Origin: a virus
Lineage: Duplodnaviria; Caudoviricetes
Virus record (IMG/VR): IMGVR_UViG_3300049927_000029
Span: 1 to 53,993 of that record
DNA length: 53,993 bases
Direction: 5' to 3' (one strand)
The position numbers and the translations under genes were made by a program. Position 1 is the stretch's first letter. Each line of letters begins with the position of its first letter. The notes under the pieces are model-generated. The model ran no database searches. It had not been told where the DNA came from and was given only the letters and a program-made list of their open reading frames with translations. Positions 17,563 to 26,021 of this stretch are shown here, one piece after another.

Positions 17563-18356
17563 TTATCCGCACCGTAGCCATCAACGGTCAGCAAATCAGA
17601 GTCGCTGAGCGCCTCGGTAGTCCATCCTTGCCGCCTTTGCTGATCTTCAACGGCATAGGGGCTAGCCTCGAACTGGTCCTACCCTTCGCTGATCGGCTAG
17701 ACCCGAAGCAGGGCTTCATCGCGTTCGACGTACCCGGCGTGGGAGGCTCGCCTACACCCTTCCTGCCGTACCGCTTCAGCTGCATCGCCAGATTGACCAC
17801 GAAGCTCCTGGACCTGCTAGGGCACGCCCGTGTAGACGTAATCGGGCTGAGCTGGGGCGGCTTCTTAGCGCAGCAGTTTGCTTACGACCATCCCACGCGC
17901 TGTAGGCGTCTGATTTTGGCGGCTACGTCGTGCGGGGTTGCGATGGTCCCTCCGGCGCTCAGGGTACTGGCACTGATGGCTAGCCCGAAACGCTACACCG
18001 ATCCAGAATACGCGGCGACTATCGCGCCAGAGATTTATGGCGGGGCTTTCCGTACCAATAGGGATCTGTGCGTCTCGCATGCCGCAAAAATGCAATCCTC
18101 CGGGGGGTTGGGGTATTACTACCAAGGAGCAGCCGTGTACTGGTGGACCTCCTTACATTGGCTGCACCGGATTGCACAGCGAACTCTAGTCCTCGGAGGT
18201 AATGACGACCCTCTGATTCCGTTAGTGAATACCCGACTGCTAGCCTCTCGGATTCCGAACGCGGATCTGCACATCGTAGACGACGGTCACCTGTTCCTGC
18301 TGACTCAGGCTGACGTAGTTACCCCCTTGATCTCACAGTTCCTGAGACGGCACTGA
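17559..18356 (+). CDS. phaZ: poly(3-hydroxyalkanoate) depolymerase (intracellular mcl-PHA type)
   Basis: PLLIFNGIGA.LELV, AFDVPGVGGS, GLSWGG, DDPLIPL, DDGHLFL; GGGAGG SD. Confidence 0.9.
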   Translation: MIIRTVAINGQQIRVAERLGSPSLPPLLIFNGIGASLELVLPFADRLDPKQGFIAFDVPGVGGSPTPFLPYRFSCIARLTTKLLDLLGHARVDVIGLSWGGFLAQQFAYDHPTRCRRLILAATSCGVAMVPPALRVLALMASPKRYTDPEYAATIAPEIYGGAFRTNRDLCVSHAAKMQSSGGLGYYYQGAAVYWWTSLHWLHRIAQRTLVLGGNDDPLIPLVNTRLLASRIPNADLHIVDDGHLFLLTQADVVTPLISQFLRRH

Positions 18357-18372
18357 TCCGAAGGAGAAGAAT

Positions 18373-18840
18373 ATGGCGGGCAAACGGCAGGTAGAAGCGC
18401 GGTGGGGGTTAGAGTTCTGGCAACTGGTGCGGGACTTTGCGGACCAGGGGCTACCACGGTGCGACGTAGCCAAAGCGCTCGGGTATACCCGAGACGGGTT
18501 TTACGCATTGTTGACAGCTAACCCTAGCCGCGACCCTTTCGAAGGCTCAAACATCGTCGCAGCCTACATCCGAGACTCCGGCGAAGGGTTCCGGGAGGCC
18601 TTGGAGCGTATGAGGGACGAAGGCAGGTCATGGGAATATGCCGCAAAGGCGATCGGGTATTGCGACGGTTCAAGGCTGAAGCGGGCCGCGCAAATGCGGG
18701 GGGTGATGATCGAGCTGCGAGGTAAACCGGGAAGGCCGCGAAGCACCGTATCCCGAAAACCAACCGTGTCGAATTTCACCACTAAATGGCCGAGCTGGAA
18801 CAAAGTTTACGCAATGGGGAAATCCAGTGGATCTAAGTAA
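18373..18840 (+). CDS. tandem-HTH DNA-binding protein
   Basis: DVAKALGY and YAAKAIGY HTH-like segments; PGRPR. Confidence 0.6.
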   Translation: MAGKRQVEARWGLEFWQLVRDFADQGLPRCDVAKALGYTRDGFYALLTANPSRDPFEGSNIVAAYIRDSGEGFREALERMRDEGRSWEYAAKAIGYCDGSRLKRAAQMRGVMIELRGKPGRPRSTVSRKPTVSNFTTKWPSWNKVYAMGKSSGSK

Positions 18841-19900
18841 ATGCATTTTCCTCGACACGGAAACGTTCTGCGAAACGCCCATCGGCAATGGTACGCACCG
18901 TTATGCAGAAGGCGCCGAGATCATCATGTGGCAGTGGGCGGTCGGCGATGGGCCTGTAGAGATTCGCGATGGGGATGAAGACATCAGCGACTTGCTGGAA
19001 CTCTTAGAGGATGAAAGTTATGAAGTGGTTATCCACAATTCGGCGTTTGATCGGAATGTCATCAGACACGCCACCGGAATCGGTATCCCCGTCGAGCGAG
19101 TCTTCGACACCATGGTCTGCGCTATGGCCCACTCTCTCCCCGGGAGCCTTTCTACTGTTGGAACCATCCTTGGCGTTGCCCAAGACAAAGCGAAGGATAA
19201 AGAAGGCCGCGCATGGATTGCGCTATTTTGCAAGCCTCAACCGAAGGGGCGGAAGATTCGTCGTGCGACGCGGAGTACACACCCGATAGAGTGGCAACGC
19301 TTCCGCGACTATGGCGGCCTTGACATCGAGGCGATGCGCGAGATCTACAAAAAGCTGCCACGCTGGAACTACCGCGGCGCTGAACGCGAACTGTGGCATC
19401 TCGACCAGAAGATCAACGAACGCGGCGTGCTGATGGACCTGGATCTGGCACATGCCGCAATCCGCGCTTCAGATCGCGCTCAGAAGATCCACGCGGCTGA
19501 TGCAGTGCGTTTGACCGATGGCGCCGTGACCAGCGCCAACCAGCGCGACAAGATGCTGGAGCACATCCTGGAGGCTTACGGCGTCGGGCTCCCCGATTTG
19601 CAGATCAGCACTTTGGAGCGTCGCATTGACGATCCGGATTTGCCGGTTGAGTTACGCGAACTACTGGCCGTCCGGCTGCAGGCCTCTAAAACGTCTGTCA
19701 GCAAGTACAAACGTGCGATCAGCGGTACGAGTAGTGACGGACGCATGCGCGGCACAGCGGCGTTCTGCGGGGCCATCCGCACGGGCAGGTGGGCGGGCCG
19801 GCTACTTCAGCTGCAGAACCTGCCGAGACCTTCTATCAAGAACAAAGAGATCGATCTGTGGATCGAGGCGCTCAAAAATGACGCGGAAGACCTCGTATGA
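18827..19900 (+). CDS. DNA polymerase A, part 1 (3'-5' exonuclease + thumb)
   Basis: FLDTET, HNSAFD, DIEAM, RTGRWAG..QNLPR. Confidence 0.9.
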   Translation: MDLSKCIFLDTETFCETPIGNGTHRYAEGAEIIMWQWAVGDGPVEIRDGDEDISDLLELLEDESYEVVIHNSAFDRNVIRHATGIGIPVERVFDTMVCAMAHSLPGSLSTVGTILGVAQDKAKDKEGRAWIALFCKPQPKGRKIRRATRSTHPIEWQRFRDYGGLDIEAMREIYKKLPRWNYRGAERELWHLDQKINERGVLMDLDLAHAAIRASDRAQKIHAADAVRLTDGAVTSANQRDKMLEHILEAYGVGLPDLQISTLERRIDDPDLPVELRELLAVRLQASKTSVSKYKRAISGTSSDGRMRGTAAFCGAIRTGRWAGRLLQLQNLPRPSIKNKEIDLWIEALKNDAEDLV

Positions 19901-20616
19901 ATTTGATGAAAGGCGATTGCCTGGAAATGATGAAGCTTATTCCGGAGGGCTCTGTGGAAATGGTGCTTTGTGATTTGCCTTACGGTACGACGCAGAACAA
20001 GTGGGACGCAGTTATCCCATTCGACCAGCTTTGGGCGGAATACCGGCGGATTTGCAAAGGCGCGATTGTCTTGACCGCTGCGCAACCTTTCACATCCGCG
20101 CTAGTTATGAGCAACCCTGGACTATTCAAGTACCAATGGGTTTGGGAAAAGAGCGTGGCAACAAACTTCTTGAACGCCAAGAAACAACCGCTGCGCAATC
20201 ACGAAGACGTACTGGTTTTTTATGCTGAGCAGCCTACCTATAACCCTCAAATGGTGCCAGGGGAACGAAAGACATCTAGACGGGTAGGTACGAAGACAAG
20301 CAACTACGGCAAAGCCGATAAGGAAACTTTTTACGATTCGACCGAGCGCTACCCTCTTAGTGTCCAGCGTTTCGGCTCCAGAATTGACGGTGCAGCACTG
20401 CACCCCACCCAAAAGCCTGTCGCGCTAATGGAATACCTGATCCGTACCTACACGAACGAAGGCGACACCGTTCTCGATAACACCATGGGCAGCGGCACCA
20501 CCGGCGTTGCGTGCGTAAACGCAGGCCGGAAATTCATCGGCATTGAGCGCGATGATAAATACTTTGCCATCGCGCAGAAACGTATCGAAGACGCGATGTA
20601 TGGAGACCTCGTATGA
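19897..20616 (+). CDS. beta-class N4-C/N6-A DNA methyltransferase inserted in the polymerase locus
   Basis: DLPYG motif IV, HPTQKPV, DNTMGSGTTG motif I. Confidence 0.9.
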   Translation: MNLMKGDCLEMMKLIPEGSVEMVLCDLPYGTTQNKWDAVIPFDQLWAEYRRICKGAIVLTAAQPFTSALVMSNPGLFKYQWVWEKSVATNFLNAKKQPLRNHEDVLVFYAEQPTYNPQMVPGERKTSRRVGTKTSNYGKADKETFYDSTERYPLSVQRFGSRIDGAALHPTQKPVALMEYLIRTYTNEGDTVLDNTMGSGTTGVACVNAGRKFIGIERDDKYFAIAQKRIEDAMYGDLV

Positions 20617-22460
20617 CGACGGTGATGGAAGCATGCAGCAGTGCGATACGCGGCCTTATAATCGCACCGCCTAAAAAGAAACTGGCTATCGCGGATTTGT
20701 CAAACGTAGAAGGCAGAGTGCTCGCTTGGCTGGCCGGTGAAGCATGGAAGCTCCAGGCGTTCCGTGAGTACGATACGCAGCTCGGATTAGACGGCGTTTG
20801 GTATACAGGCGAAGAGATCAACGCAGAGGCATTGCGAGGGTCACCAATCCCTGTCGAGCTGAACGCTAAAGGCGATCCAGTAACGCTCGGCCACGACCTT
20901 TACAAACTAGCCTACGCCAAGGCTTTCGGCATTGACGCGGCAGATGTCGACGGGTTCATGCGGCAGATCGGCAAGACCATGGAACTCGCTCTCGGGTTCG
21001 GCGGAGGGTGTGGCGCGTTCATTACCTTCTCGCTCGCATTCAACATCGACCTGGAAGCAATGGCGGAGAAGGCTTACGACAACATCCCAAAAAGCACCAT
21101 GGCTGAAGCCGAAAGCTTCCTCGAATGGCAGCTCGGTCAGGGCAAAAGCCAGTTTGGTTTGAGTGATCGCGCGTACACAGTCTGCGAATCCTTTAAACGC
21201 CTGTGGCGCGAATCCCACCCTGCGATCAGCAGCTACTGGAAGGATCTTGAAGAAACAATCCGTCGCGCGATCAACAACCCCGGACAGACATTGACCTGTC
21301 GAATGCATAAGGTTCGTCGGGACGGCGCTTGGCTTCGAGTCATGTTGCCGTCAGGTCGCTACCTCTGCTATCCATCCCCACGCGTAGAGGACGACGGGCA
21401 GATTACTTATATGGGCATTAACCAGTACAGCCGTAAGTGGGAACGCTTGCGCAGCTATGGTGGAAAATTCGTTGAAAACTGCATCGCCGAGGGGACCGAA
21501 GTTCTTACCGAGAAATTCGGATGGCGGGCTATAGAACGTGTGACACCTGATACCAGAGTGTGGGACGGCGACGAATGGGTATCCTTCTCCCATTGTCATT
21601 ACAGCGGTAAACAAACTACTATTCCAACCTACGGCGTTCACATGACGCCTGATCACTTGGTTTTGACCGAAGAGGGTTGGAAGAATGCATCATCGTGCGG
21701 TGGATATAACCGGGCTGCGTGTCGGTTACCTGACGGCTATCAGATACCAGGGTTCGACCGGAAAGAAATCGATGTGGGAAGTGGCGTGCGATTGCGGGAA
21801 AGTCATTCTGATGGACCCTTCCCAGTTGAAGAAGCACGCAAAGAGAGGAGTTCGGTGCTCATGTGGCTGCATGCGCAAAGCTACCCAATCCGAGAGGAGA
21901 ACACGCCACGGCATGAGTCAGCACCCCGCTTTCGCGGTTTGGCGCGCAATGATCGATCGATGCAGGCTACCGACGCATCATGCTTACAAAAACTATGGCG
22001 GTCGGGGAATAACGGTCTGCGACAGATGGCAGGAGTTATTCGAAAACTTCTGGGAAGACATGGGCGAGAAGTACAAACCGGGGCTGACATTGGAGCGCTT
22101 GGACAACTCGTTAGGCTATTCCAAGGAGAACTGCGACTGGCGTACCCGAAAGCACCAAGCGAACAACACTCGGCGCAACCACTGGTTAGAAACGCCACAC
22201 GGCCGGATGACGCTGATGGAAGCTTCCGAGTTCTACGGAGTGGGCTACACGACTTTGATGTACCGCCTGGATCACGAGTGGCCGATAGAACAAGCGCTGA
22301 TACCCGTAGGGTCTTCGACCTTGTTGATTGCGGACCACGCTCTCGGTTTGTTGTGAGAGGCACCGACGGCTTGCCGCTGATCGTCCACAACTGCACGCAG
22401 GCAGCCGCCCGCGATGTCATTGGGCGATCAATGCCGAGGATTGAAGCATGGAGACCGTAA
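20613..22460 (+). CDS. DNA polymerase A, part 2 (motifs A, B), intein-containing
   Basis: [10 protein letters not shown]; [16 protein letters not shown]; YGGKFVEN|intein|CTQAAARD. Confidence 0.9.
   Translation: MTTVMEACSSAIRGLIIAPPKKKLAIADLSNVEGRVLAWLAGEAWKLQAFREYDTQLGLDGVWYTGEEINAEALRGSPIPVELNAKGDPVTLGHDLYKLAYAKAFGIDAADVDGFMRQIGKTMELALGFGGGCGAFITFSLAFNIDLEAMAEKAYDNIPKSTMAEAESFLEWQLGQGKSQFGLSDRAYTVCESFKRLWRESHPAISSYWKDLEETIRRAINNPGQTLTCRMHKVRRDGAWLRVMLPSGRYLCYPSPRVEDDGQITYMGINQYSRKWERLRSYGGKFVENCIAEGTEVLTEKFGWRAIERVTPDTRVWDGDEWVSFSHCHYSGKQTTIPTYGVHMTPDHLVLTEEGWKNASSCGGYNRAACRLPDGYQIPGFDRKEIDVGSGVRLRESHSDGPFPVEEARKERSSVLMWLHAQSYPIREENTPRHESAPRFRGLARNDRSMQATDASCLQKLWRSGNNGLRQMAGVIRKLLGRHGREVQTGADIGALGQLVRLFQGELRLAYPKAPSEQHSAQPLVRNATRPDDADGSFRVLRSGLHDFDVPPGSRVADRTSADTRRVFDLVDCGPRSRFVVRGTDGLPLIVHNCTQAAARDVIGRSMPRIEAWRP
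21480..22391 (+). mobile_element. intein (304 aa) in DNA polymerase
   Basis: block [11 protein letters not shown], block [10 protein letters not shown], block F VFDL, block G LIVHN|C. Confidence 0.92.
21685..22356 (+). CDS. HNH endonuclease nested in the +1 frame of the polymerase intein
   Basis: [52 protein letters not shown]; GAGGG SD. Confidence 0.9.
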   Translation: MHHRAVDITGLRVGYLTAIRYQGSTGKKSMWEVACDCGKVILMDPSQLKKHAKRGVRCSCGCMRKATQSERRTRHGMSQHPAFAVWRAMIDRCRLPTHHAYKNYGGRGITVCDRWQELFENFWEDMGEKYKPGLTLERLDNSLGYSKENCDWRTRKHQANNTRRNHWLETPHGRMTLMEASEFYGVGYTTLMYRLDHEWPIEQALIPVGSSTLLIADHALGLL

Positions 22461-22645
22461 AGCAGTTCGACCAGGGTTTCGAGATTGTCGTAACGGTACA
22501 CGACGAAATCATTTGTGAGGCGCCAGACGATCCAGCCTTTAGCGATGGGGTTTTAGCCGCCCTCATGGCCCAAGGCGAAGATTGGACAGAAGGCTTACCG
22601 CTCGCCGCAGCCGGCTTCGAAGCGTATCGCTACCGGAAAGGTTGA
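22448..22645 (+). CDS. DNA polymerase A, part 3 (motif C)
   Basis: [30 protein letters not shown]; GAGGA SD at 22436-22440. Confidence 0.85.
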   Translation: METVKQFDQGFEIVVTVHDEIICEAPDDPAFSDGVLAALMAQGEDWTEGLPLAAAGFEAYRYRKG

Positions 22646-22695
22646 CGGCGAGTTCTATCTAGGAATACTATCTAGATTCTACGGTTTCTAGATAG
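22642..22695 (+). promoter_or_regulatory. putative promoter with CTATCTAG direct and inverted repeats
   Basis: TTGACG-N18-TACTAT; CTATCTAG at 22655 and 22668; CTAGATAG at 22688. Confidence 0.45.
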
Positions 22696-22705
22696 GTTAA
22701 ATGCG

Positions 22706-22864
22706 ATGCGCGAACAAGTATATTTCGGTCGGCTTTGTCCGAAGCACCCTGAGCTTAAGGGTGAACGCTGGATCAAGTCATACCGCTGCGTTGAATGCCT
22801 GCGGATCTACGCGAAGAAATACCGCGATGCGAAAAAGGAGATCAAAAATGGCGCCGACGCTTAA
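22706..22864 (+). CDS. 52-aa zinc-finger-like protein
   Basis: YFGRLCPKH..ER..YRCVEC; read manually. Confidence 0.5.
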   Translation: MREQVYFGRLCPKHPELKGERWIKSYRCVECLRIYAKKYRDAKKEIKNGADA

Positions 22865-23384
22865 GGGTTTCACTCGCGAGTATTTGGCGTCGCTGTTCTC
22901 CTACGATCCGGAGACCGGGCGGATTACCCGTTTAGTCACTGCGGGGCCCATAGGTCGATACGGCAAAATACTTGAGTCTCCACATAACGCCGGGTACACC
23001 CAGGTCGCGCACAAAGGTAAACGGATGCTACTGCATCGCTTGGCCTACTTCTTACATACCGGAGAAACCCCGCAGGAAATCGATCACATAAACCATGATC
23101 GGAAGAACAACCGCTCCGAGAATTTAAGGGCCGCAACAAGCTCCTTGAATAAATGCAACGCTCCTATTCGGGTGACGAATAGCTCAGGGTTCAAAGGCGT
23201 TTGGTATGACAAGAGCAGGAATCGCTATACGGCTCAGTTTCAGTACCAAGGGGTAAATCGCCGGTTAGGGAGATTCAAAACTGCTGAAGAGGCTGCGCGG
23301 GCGTATGACAGGGCCGCGGTGGAAGCAGTGGGCGAATTCGCATTGACCAACGCAAAAATGGGATTGCTTAAGGAGTGCGTGTGA
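22848..23384 (+). CDS. HNH-AP2 homing endonuclease
   Basis: HRLAY..IDHINHDRKNNRSENLR..SGFKGV..LGRFKTAEEAARAYD; AGGAG SD before 22848. Confidence 0.9.
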   Translation: MAPTLKGFTREYLASLFSYDPETGRITRLVTAGPIGRYGKILESPHNAGYTQVAHKGKRMLLHRLAYFLHTGETPQEIDHINHDRKNNRSENLRAATSSLNKCNAPIRVTNSSGFKGVWYDKSRNRYTAQFQYQGVNRRLGRFKTAEEAARAYDRAAVEAVGEFALTNAKMGLLKECV

Positions 23385-23719
23385 TGCTGGAAAGAGACAT
23401 TGAAGCGCACCTGGTGAAACGGTGTAAGGAGATCGGGGCGCTCGCGGATAAATTTACTTCTCCGAGCCGGCGTTCGGTCCCTGATCGGCTGATCACCTTT
23501 AACGGGCGCGTGCTGTTCGTTGAGCTGAAAGCTACCCGGAAGGAACCGACAGAGGCCCAATACAGAGATCACGACAGACGCAGGGAAGTAGGGGCGGAAG
23601 TTGTGTGGACGGACAGCAAGAAGGGATGTGATTCCTTGTTGCATTCTTTGCAACGCGGCGAAAAGGTGCCGGTCTTCTCAAACTGGCAAGTGCACGAGGA
23701 AATCCACCTTGGCGATTGA
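23384..23719 (+). CDS. VRR-NUC domain nuclease
   Basis: ERDIE..KFTSP..VPDRL..FVELKA..Q. Confidence 0.85.
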   Translation: MLERDIEAHLVKRCKEIGALADKFTSPSRRSVPDRLITFNGRVLFVELKATRKEPTEAQYRDHDRRREVGAEVVWTDSKKGCDSLLHSLQRGEKVPVFSNWQVHEEIHLGD

Positions 23720-26021
23720 ATACAAACCGCACGCCTATCAAGGGCTAATCATGTCCGCTATCCATGCGACCAGGCGTTTGGCCGTGTGGGCCGGAATGGG
23801 GCTCGGCAAGTCGGTCAGCACGGCCACGGCGCTGGAAGACCTTTCGCTTACTGAGGATGTCTATCCGGTCTTGATCGTCGCACCGTTGCGCGTAGCGCGT
23901 ACCACTTGGCCGCAGGAGTACCAGAAGTGGACCCACCTTAAGCATCGCCGTGTCGTGACGATCTGCGGCGCGCTCAAGGAACGTCAAGCGGCGCTACGCA
24001 TGAAGGCTGATGTCTACACGGTCAACTTCGAGCAGCTTGAATGGCTGGTCGAGCAGCTAGGCGACAAATGGCCGTTCCGCACAGTGGTAGTCGACGAAGC
24101 AACCAAGCTCAAGGGTTTCCGGCTGCGTCAAGGTACGCGACGCGCTAAAGCCCTGGCCCGAGTTGCACATACCAAGATCAAGCGCATCATTCTGCTGACC
24201 GGTACGCCGAGCCCTAACGGTCTCCAAGACCTTTGGGGGCAGATGTGGTTCGTTGATAAGGGTGATCGTCTCGGGCGCACCTACGACGCCTTTAAGCAAC
24301 GCTGGTTCCGCGCTTCGCATACCGGGTTTGGCGTAGAAGCCACAGATCAAGCGCAAGAGCAGATCCAAAAAGCGTTAGGTGACGTGTGTATCACGATTGA
24401 CGCCGCAGATTGGTTCGACCTAAAAGAGCCGATCGTGAACGTGATCCGCGTAGAGCTGCCCTCGGCCGCACGCGTCCTTTACAAGAACATGGAAAAGCAA
24501 ATGTTCATGGACCTTGAAGGGTCGCAGGTTGAGGCGTTGAATGCCGCCGCTAAGACGCAGAAGTGCATCGCGGAAGGTACTGAAATCCTGACCGACTCCG
24601 GCTGGAAACCGATTGAGCGATTCGCCCAAGGGGATCTGGTGTGGGATGGGGTCGAATGGGTAAGTGTCTACAAATTAGCTTGCCACGGCTATAAGTCTGT
24701 CGTAGATTGCTTCGGAGTCACCATGACGCCAGACCACAAGGTGCTGACCGTCGAAGGGTGGAAAACCGCCGAGGAGATAAACAATGACGGTACAGTTGAC
24801 AGGCAAAGTGTTCGGCTACCTGACAGTGCTGGGGCGCTCGGGGTCCACGGACACCATAGCGCGGAGAGCGCTATGGGAAGCGCAATGCGTGTGCGGGAAG
24901 GTCATAACGTGCATCGGTACAAATCTGCGCAACCCCAACAGGGGAGAGAAGAAGTCTTGCGGGTGCAAGCGCCGGGAAATGCTCTTGGATGCTTGGGGTA
25001 CTCACGGCATGTCGAAGCACAGGGCTTTCCACACGTGGAGCAACATGAAATCCAGGTGCAGCAACCCAAACGACAAAGACTGGCCCAATTACGGCGGTCG
25101 GGGAATTTCGGTTTGCGAACGGTGGCGCGATTCGTTCGACGCTTTTTGGGAAGACATGGGCTCGACTTATTCGGACGATCTTACGATCGAGCGCAAGAAC
25201 AACAATGGCAATTATCAGGCAGACAACTGTCGATGGGCTACGGTTCGGGAGCAATCAAACAACACACGCTTCAACGTATGGCTGAATACTCCGGCGGGGC
25301 GTATGACGGTTGCGCAGGCGGCCAGGTTCTACGATATCAAGACTGTAACGCTTCGGGCCAGGTTGAAGAAAGGATGGCCGGTACTACGGGCGTTAGGCTT
25401 GTCTACGACCTTATCAACGCGGGTCCAAGACACCGCTTTACCGTTCGAGGAACAGACGGTAAGCCATTGATTGTCCACAATTGTTTACAAATTGCCAGCG
25501 GAGCGGCATATGTGGAAGGCGGACCGCAGTGGAAAAAGATTCATGACGAGAAGCTGAACGCATTGGAGGAAATCCTCGAAGAAGCTGCCGGCATGCCGGT
25601 GCTCGTGGCCTACAACTTTAAAAGCGATCTGGCGAGGCTCTTGGCGCGCTTCCCCCAAGGCCGACACCTGGACAAGAAGCCGGAGACGATCGACGCGTGG
25701 AACGCCGGAGAGATCCCGATCATGTTCGCCCACCCGGCCAGCGCTGGTCACGGTTTGAACCTGCAGGACGGGGGCAATATTCTGGTGTTCTTCAGCGTCA
25801 ACTGGAACTTGGAGGAGCATCAACAAATCATCGAGCGTAACGGGCCGGTGCGCCAACTGCAGGCTGGCCACAACCGCCCGGTGTTCCACCACTTCATCCT
25901 GGCCGCTGACACCGTGGACGAACTGGTATTGGAGCGCCTGCAGACCAAACGAGAGGTGCAGGAGATACTTCTAAAAGCGATGAGGGATAACGGATTTAAC
26001 CCTATAGAGGACGCGGCATGA
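23709..26021 (+). CDS. SNF2-like helicase, intein-containing
   Basis: GMGLGKS, VVDEAT, LTGTP, HPASAGHGLNLQ; TTG start at 23709 with GAGGA SD. Confidence 0.9.
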   Translation: MAIEYKPHAYQGLIMSAIHATRRLAVWAGMGLGKSVSTATALEDLSLTEDVYPVLIVAPLRVARTTWPQEYQKWTHLKHRRVVTICGALKERQAALRMKADVYTVNFEQLEWLVEQLGDKWPFRTVVVDEATKLKGFRLRQGTRRAKALARVAHTKIKRIILLTGTPSPNGLQDLWGQMWFVDKGDRLGRTYDAFKQRWFRASHTGFGVEATDQAQEQIQKALGDVCITIDAADWFDLKEPIVNVIRVELPSAARVLYKNMEKQMFMDLEGSQVEALNAAAKTQKCIAEGTEILTDSGWKPIERFAQGDLVWDGVEWVSVYKLACHGYKSVVDCFGVTMTPDHKVLTVEGWKTAEEINNDGTVDRQSVRLPDSAGALGVHGHHSAESAMGSAMRVREGHNVHRYKSAQPQQGREEVLRVQAPGNALGCLGYSRHVEAQGFPHVEQHEIQVQQPKRQRLAQLRRSGNFGLRTVARFVRRFLGRHGLDLFGRSYDRAQEQQWQLSGRQLSMGYGSGAIKQHTLQRMAEYSGGAYDGCAGGQVLRYQDCNASGQVEERMAGTTGVRLVYDLINAGPRHRFTVRGTDGKPLIVHNCLQIASGAAYVEGGPQWKKIHDEKLNALEEILEEAAGMPVLVAYNFKSDLARLLARFPQGRHLDKKPETIDAWNAGEIPIMFAHPASAGHGLNLQDGGNILVFFSVNWNLEEHQQIIERNGPVRQLQAGHNRPVFHHFILAADTVDELVLERLQTKREVQEILLKAMRDNGFNPIEDAA
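24564..25481 (+). mobile_element. intein (306 aa) in helicase
   Basis: KTQK|CIAEGTEILT..MTPDHKVLT..VYDL..LIVHN|CLQIASG. Confidence 0.92.
24784..25470 (+). CDS. HNH endonuclease nested in the +1 frame of the helicase intein
   Basis: CVCG..SCGC..HGMS..W.NMK.RC..YGGRGISVCERW..DMG..TIERKNNNGNY..NCRW..QSNN; GAGGAG SD. Confidence 0.9.
   Translation: MTVQLTGKVFGYLTVLGRSGSTDTIARRALWEAQCVCGKVITCIGTNLRNPNRGEKKSCGCKRREMLLDAWGTHGMSKHRAFHTWSNMKSRCSNPNDKDWPNYGGRGISVCERWRDSFDAFWEDMGSTYSDDLTIERKNNNGNYQADNCRWATVREQSNNTRFNVWLNTPAGRMTVAQAARFYDIKTVTLRARLKKGWPVLRALGLSTTLSTRVQDTALPFEEQTVSH

Noticed and set aside
19890-20620. Translational bypass (T4 gene 60-like) or intron removing the MTase
   Set aside because: The matching GTA landing codon is also followed by TGA, and there is no non-coding space for a ribozyme.
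21685-22356. Nested HNH ORFs as chance shadow ORFs or assembly frameshifts
   Set aside because: They carry full HNH-family motifs and SDs, and the same +1 geometry recurs in a second diverged intein with both host frames open.
23601-23708. Upstream start of the helicase given in the ORF track
   Set aside because: It overlaps VRR-NUC; TTG 23709 has a GAGGA SD and starts just before the expected PHAYQ motif.
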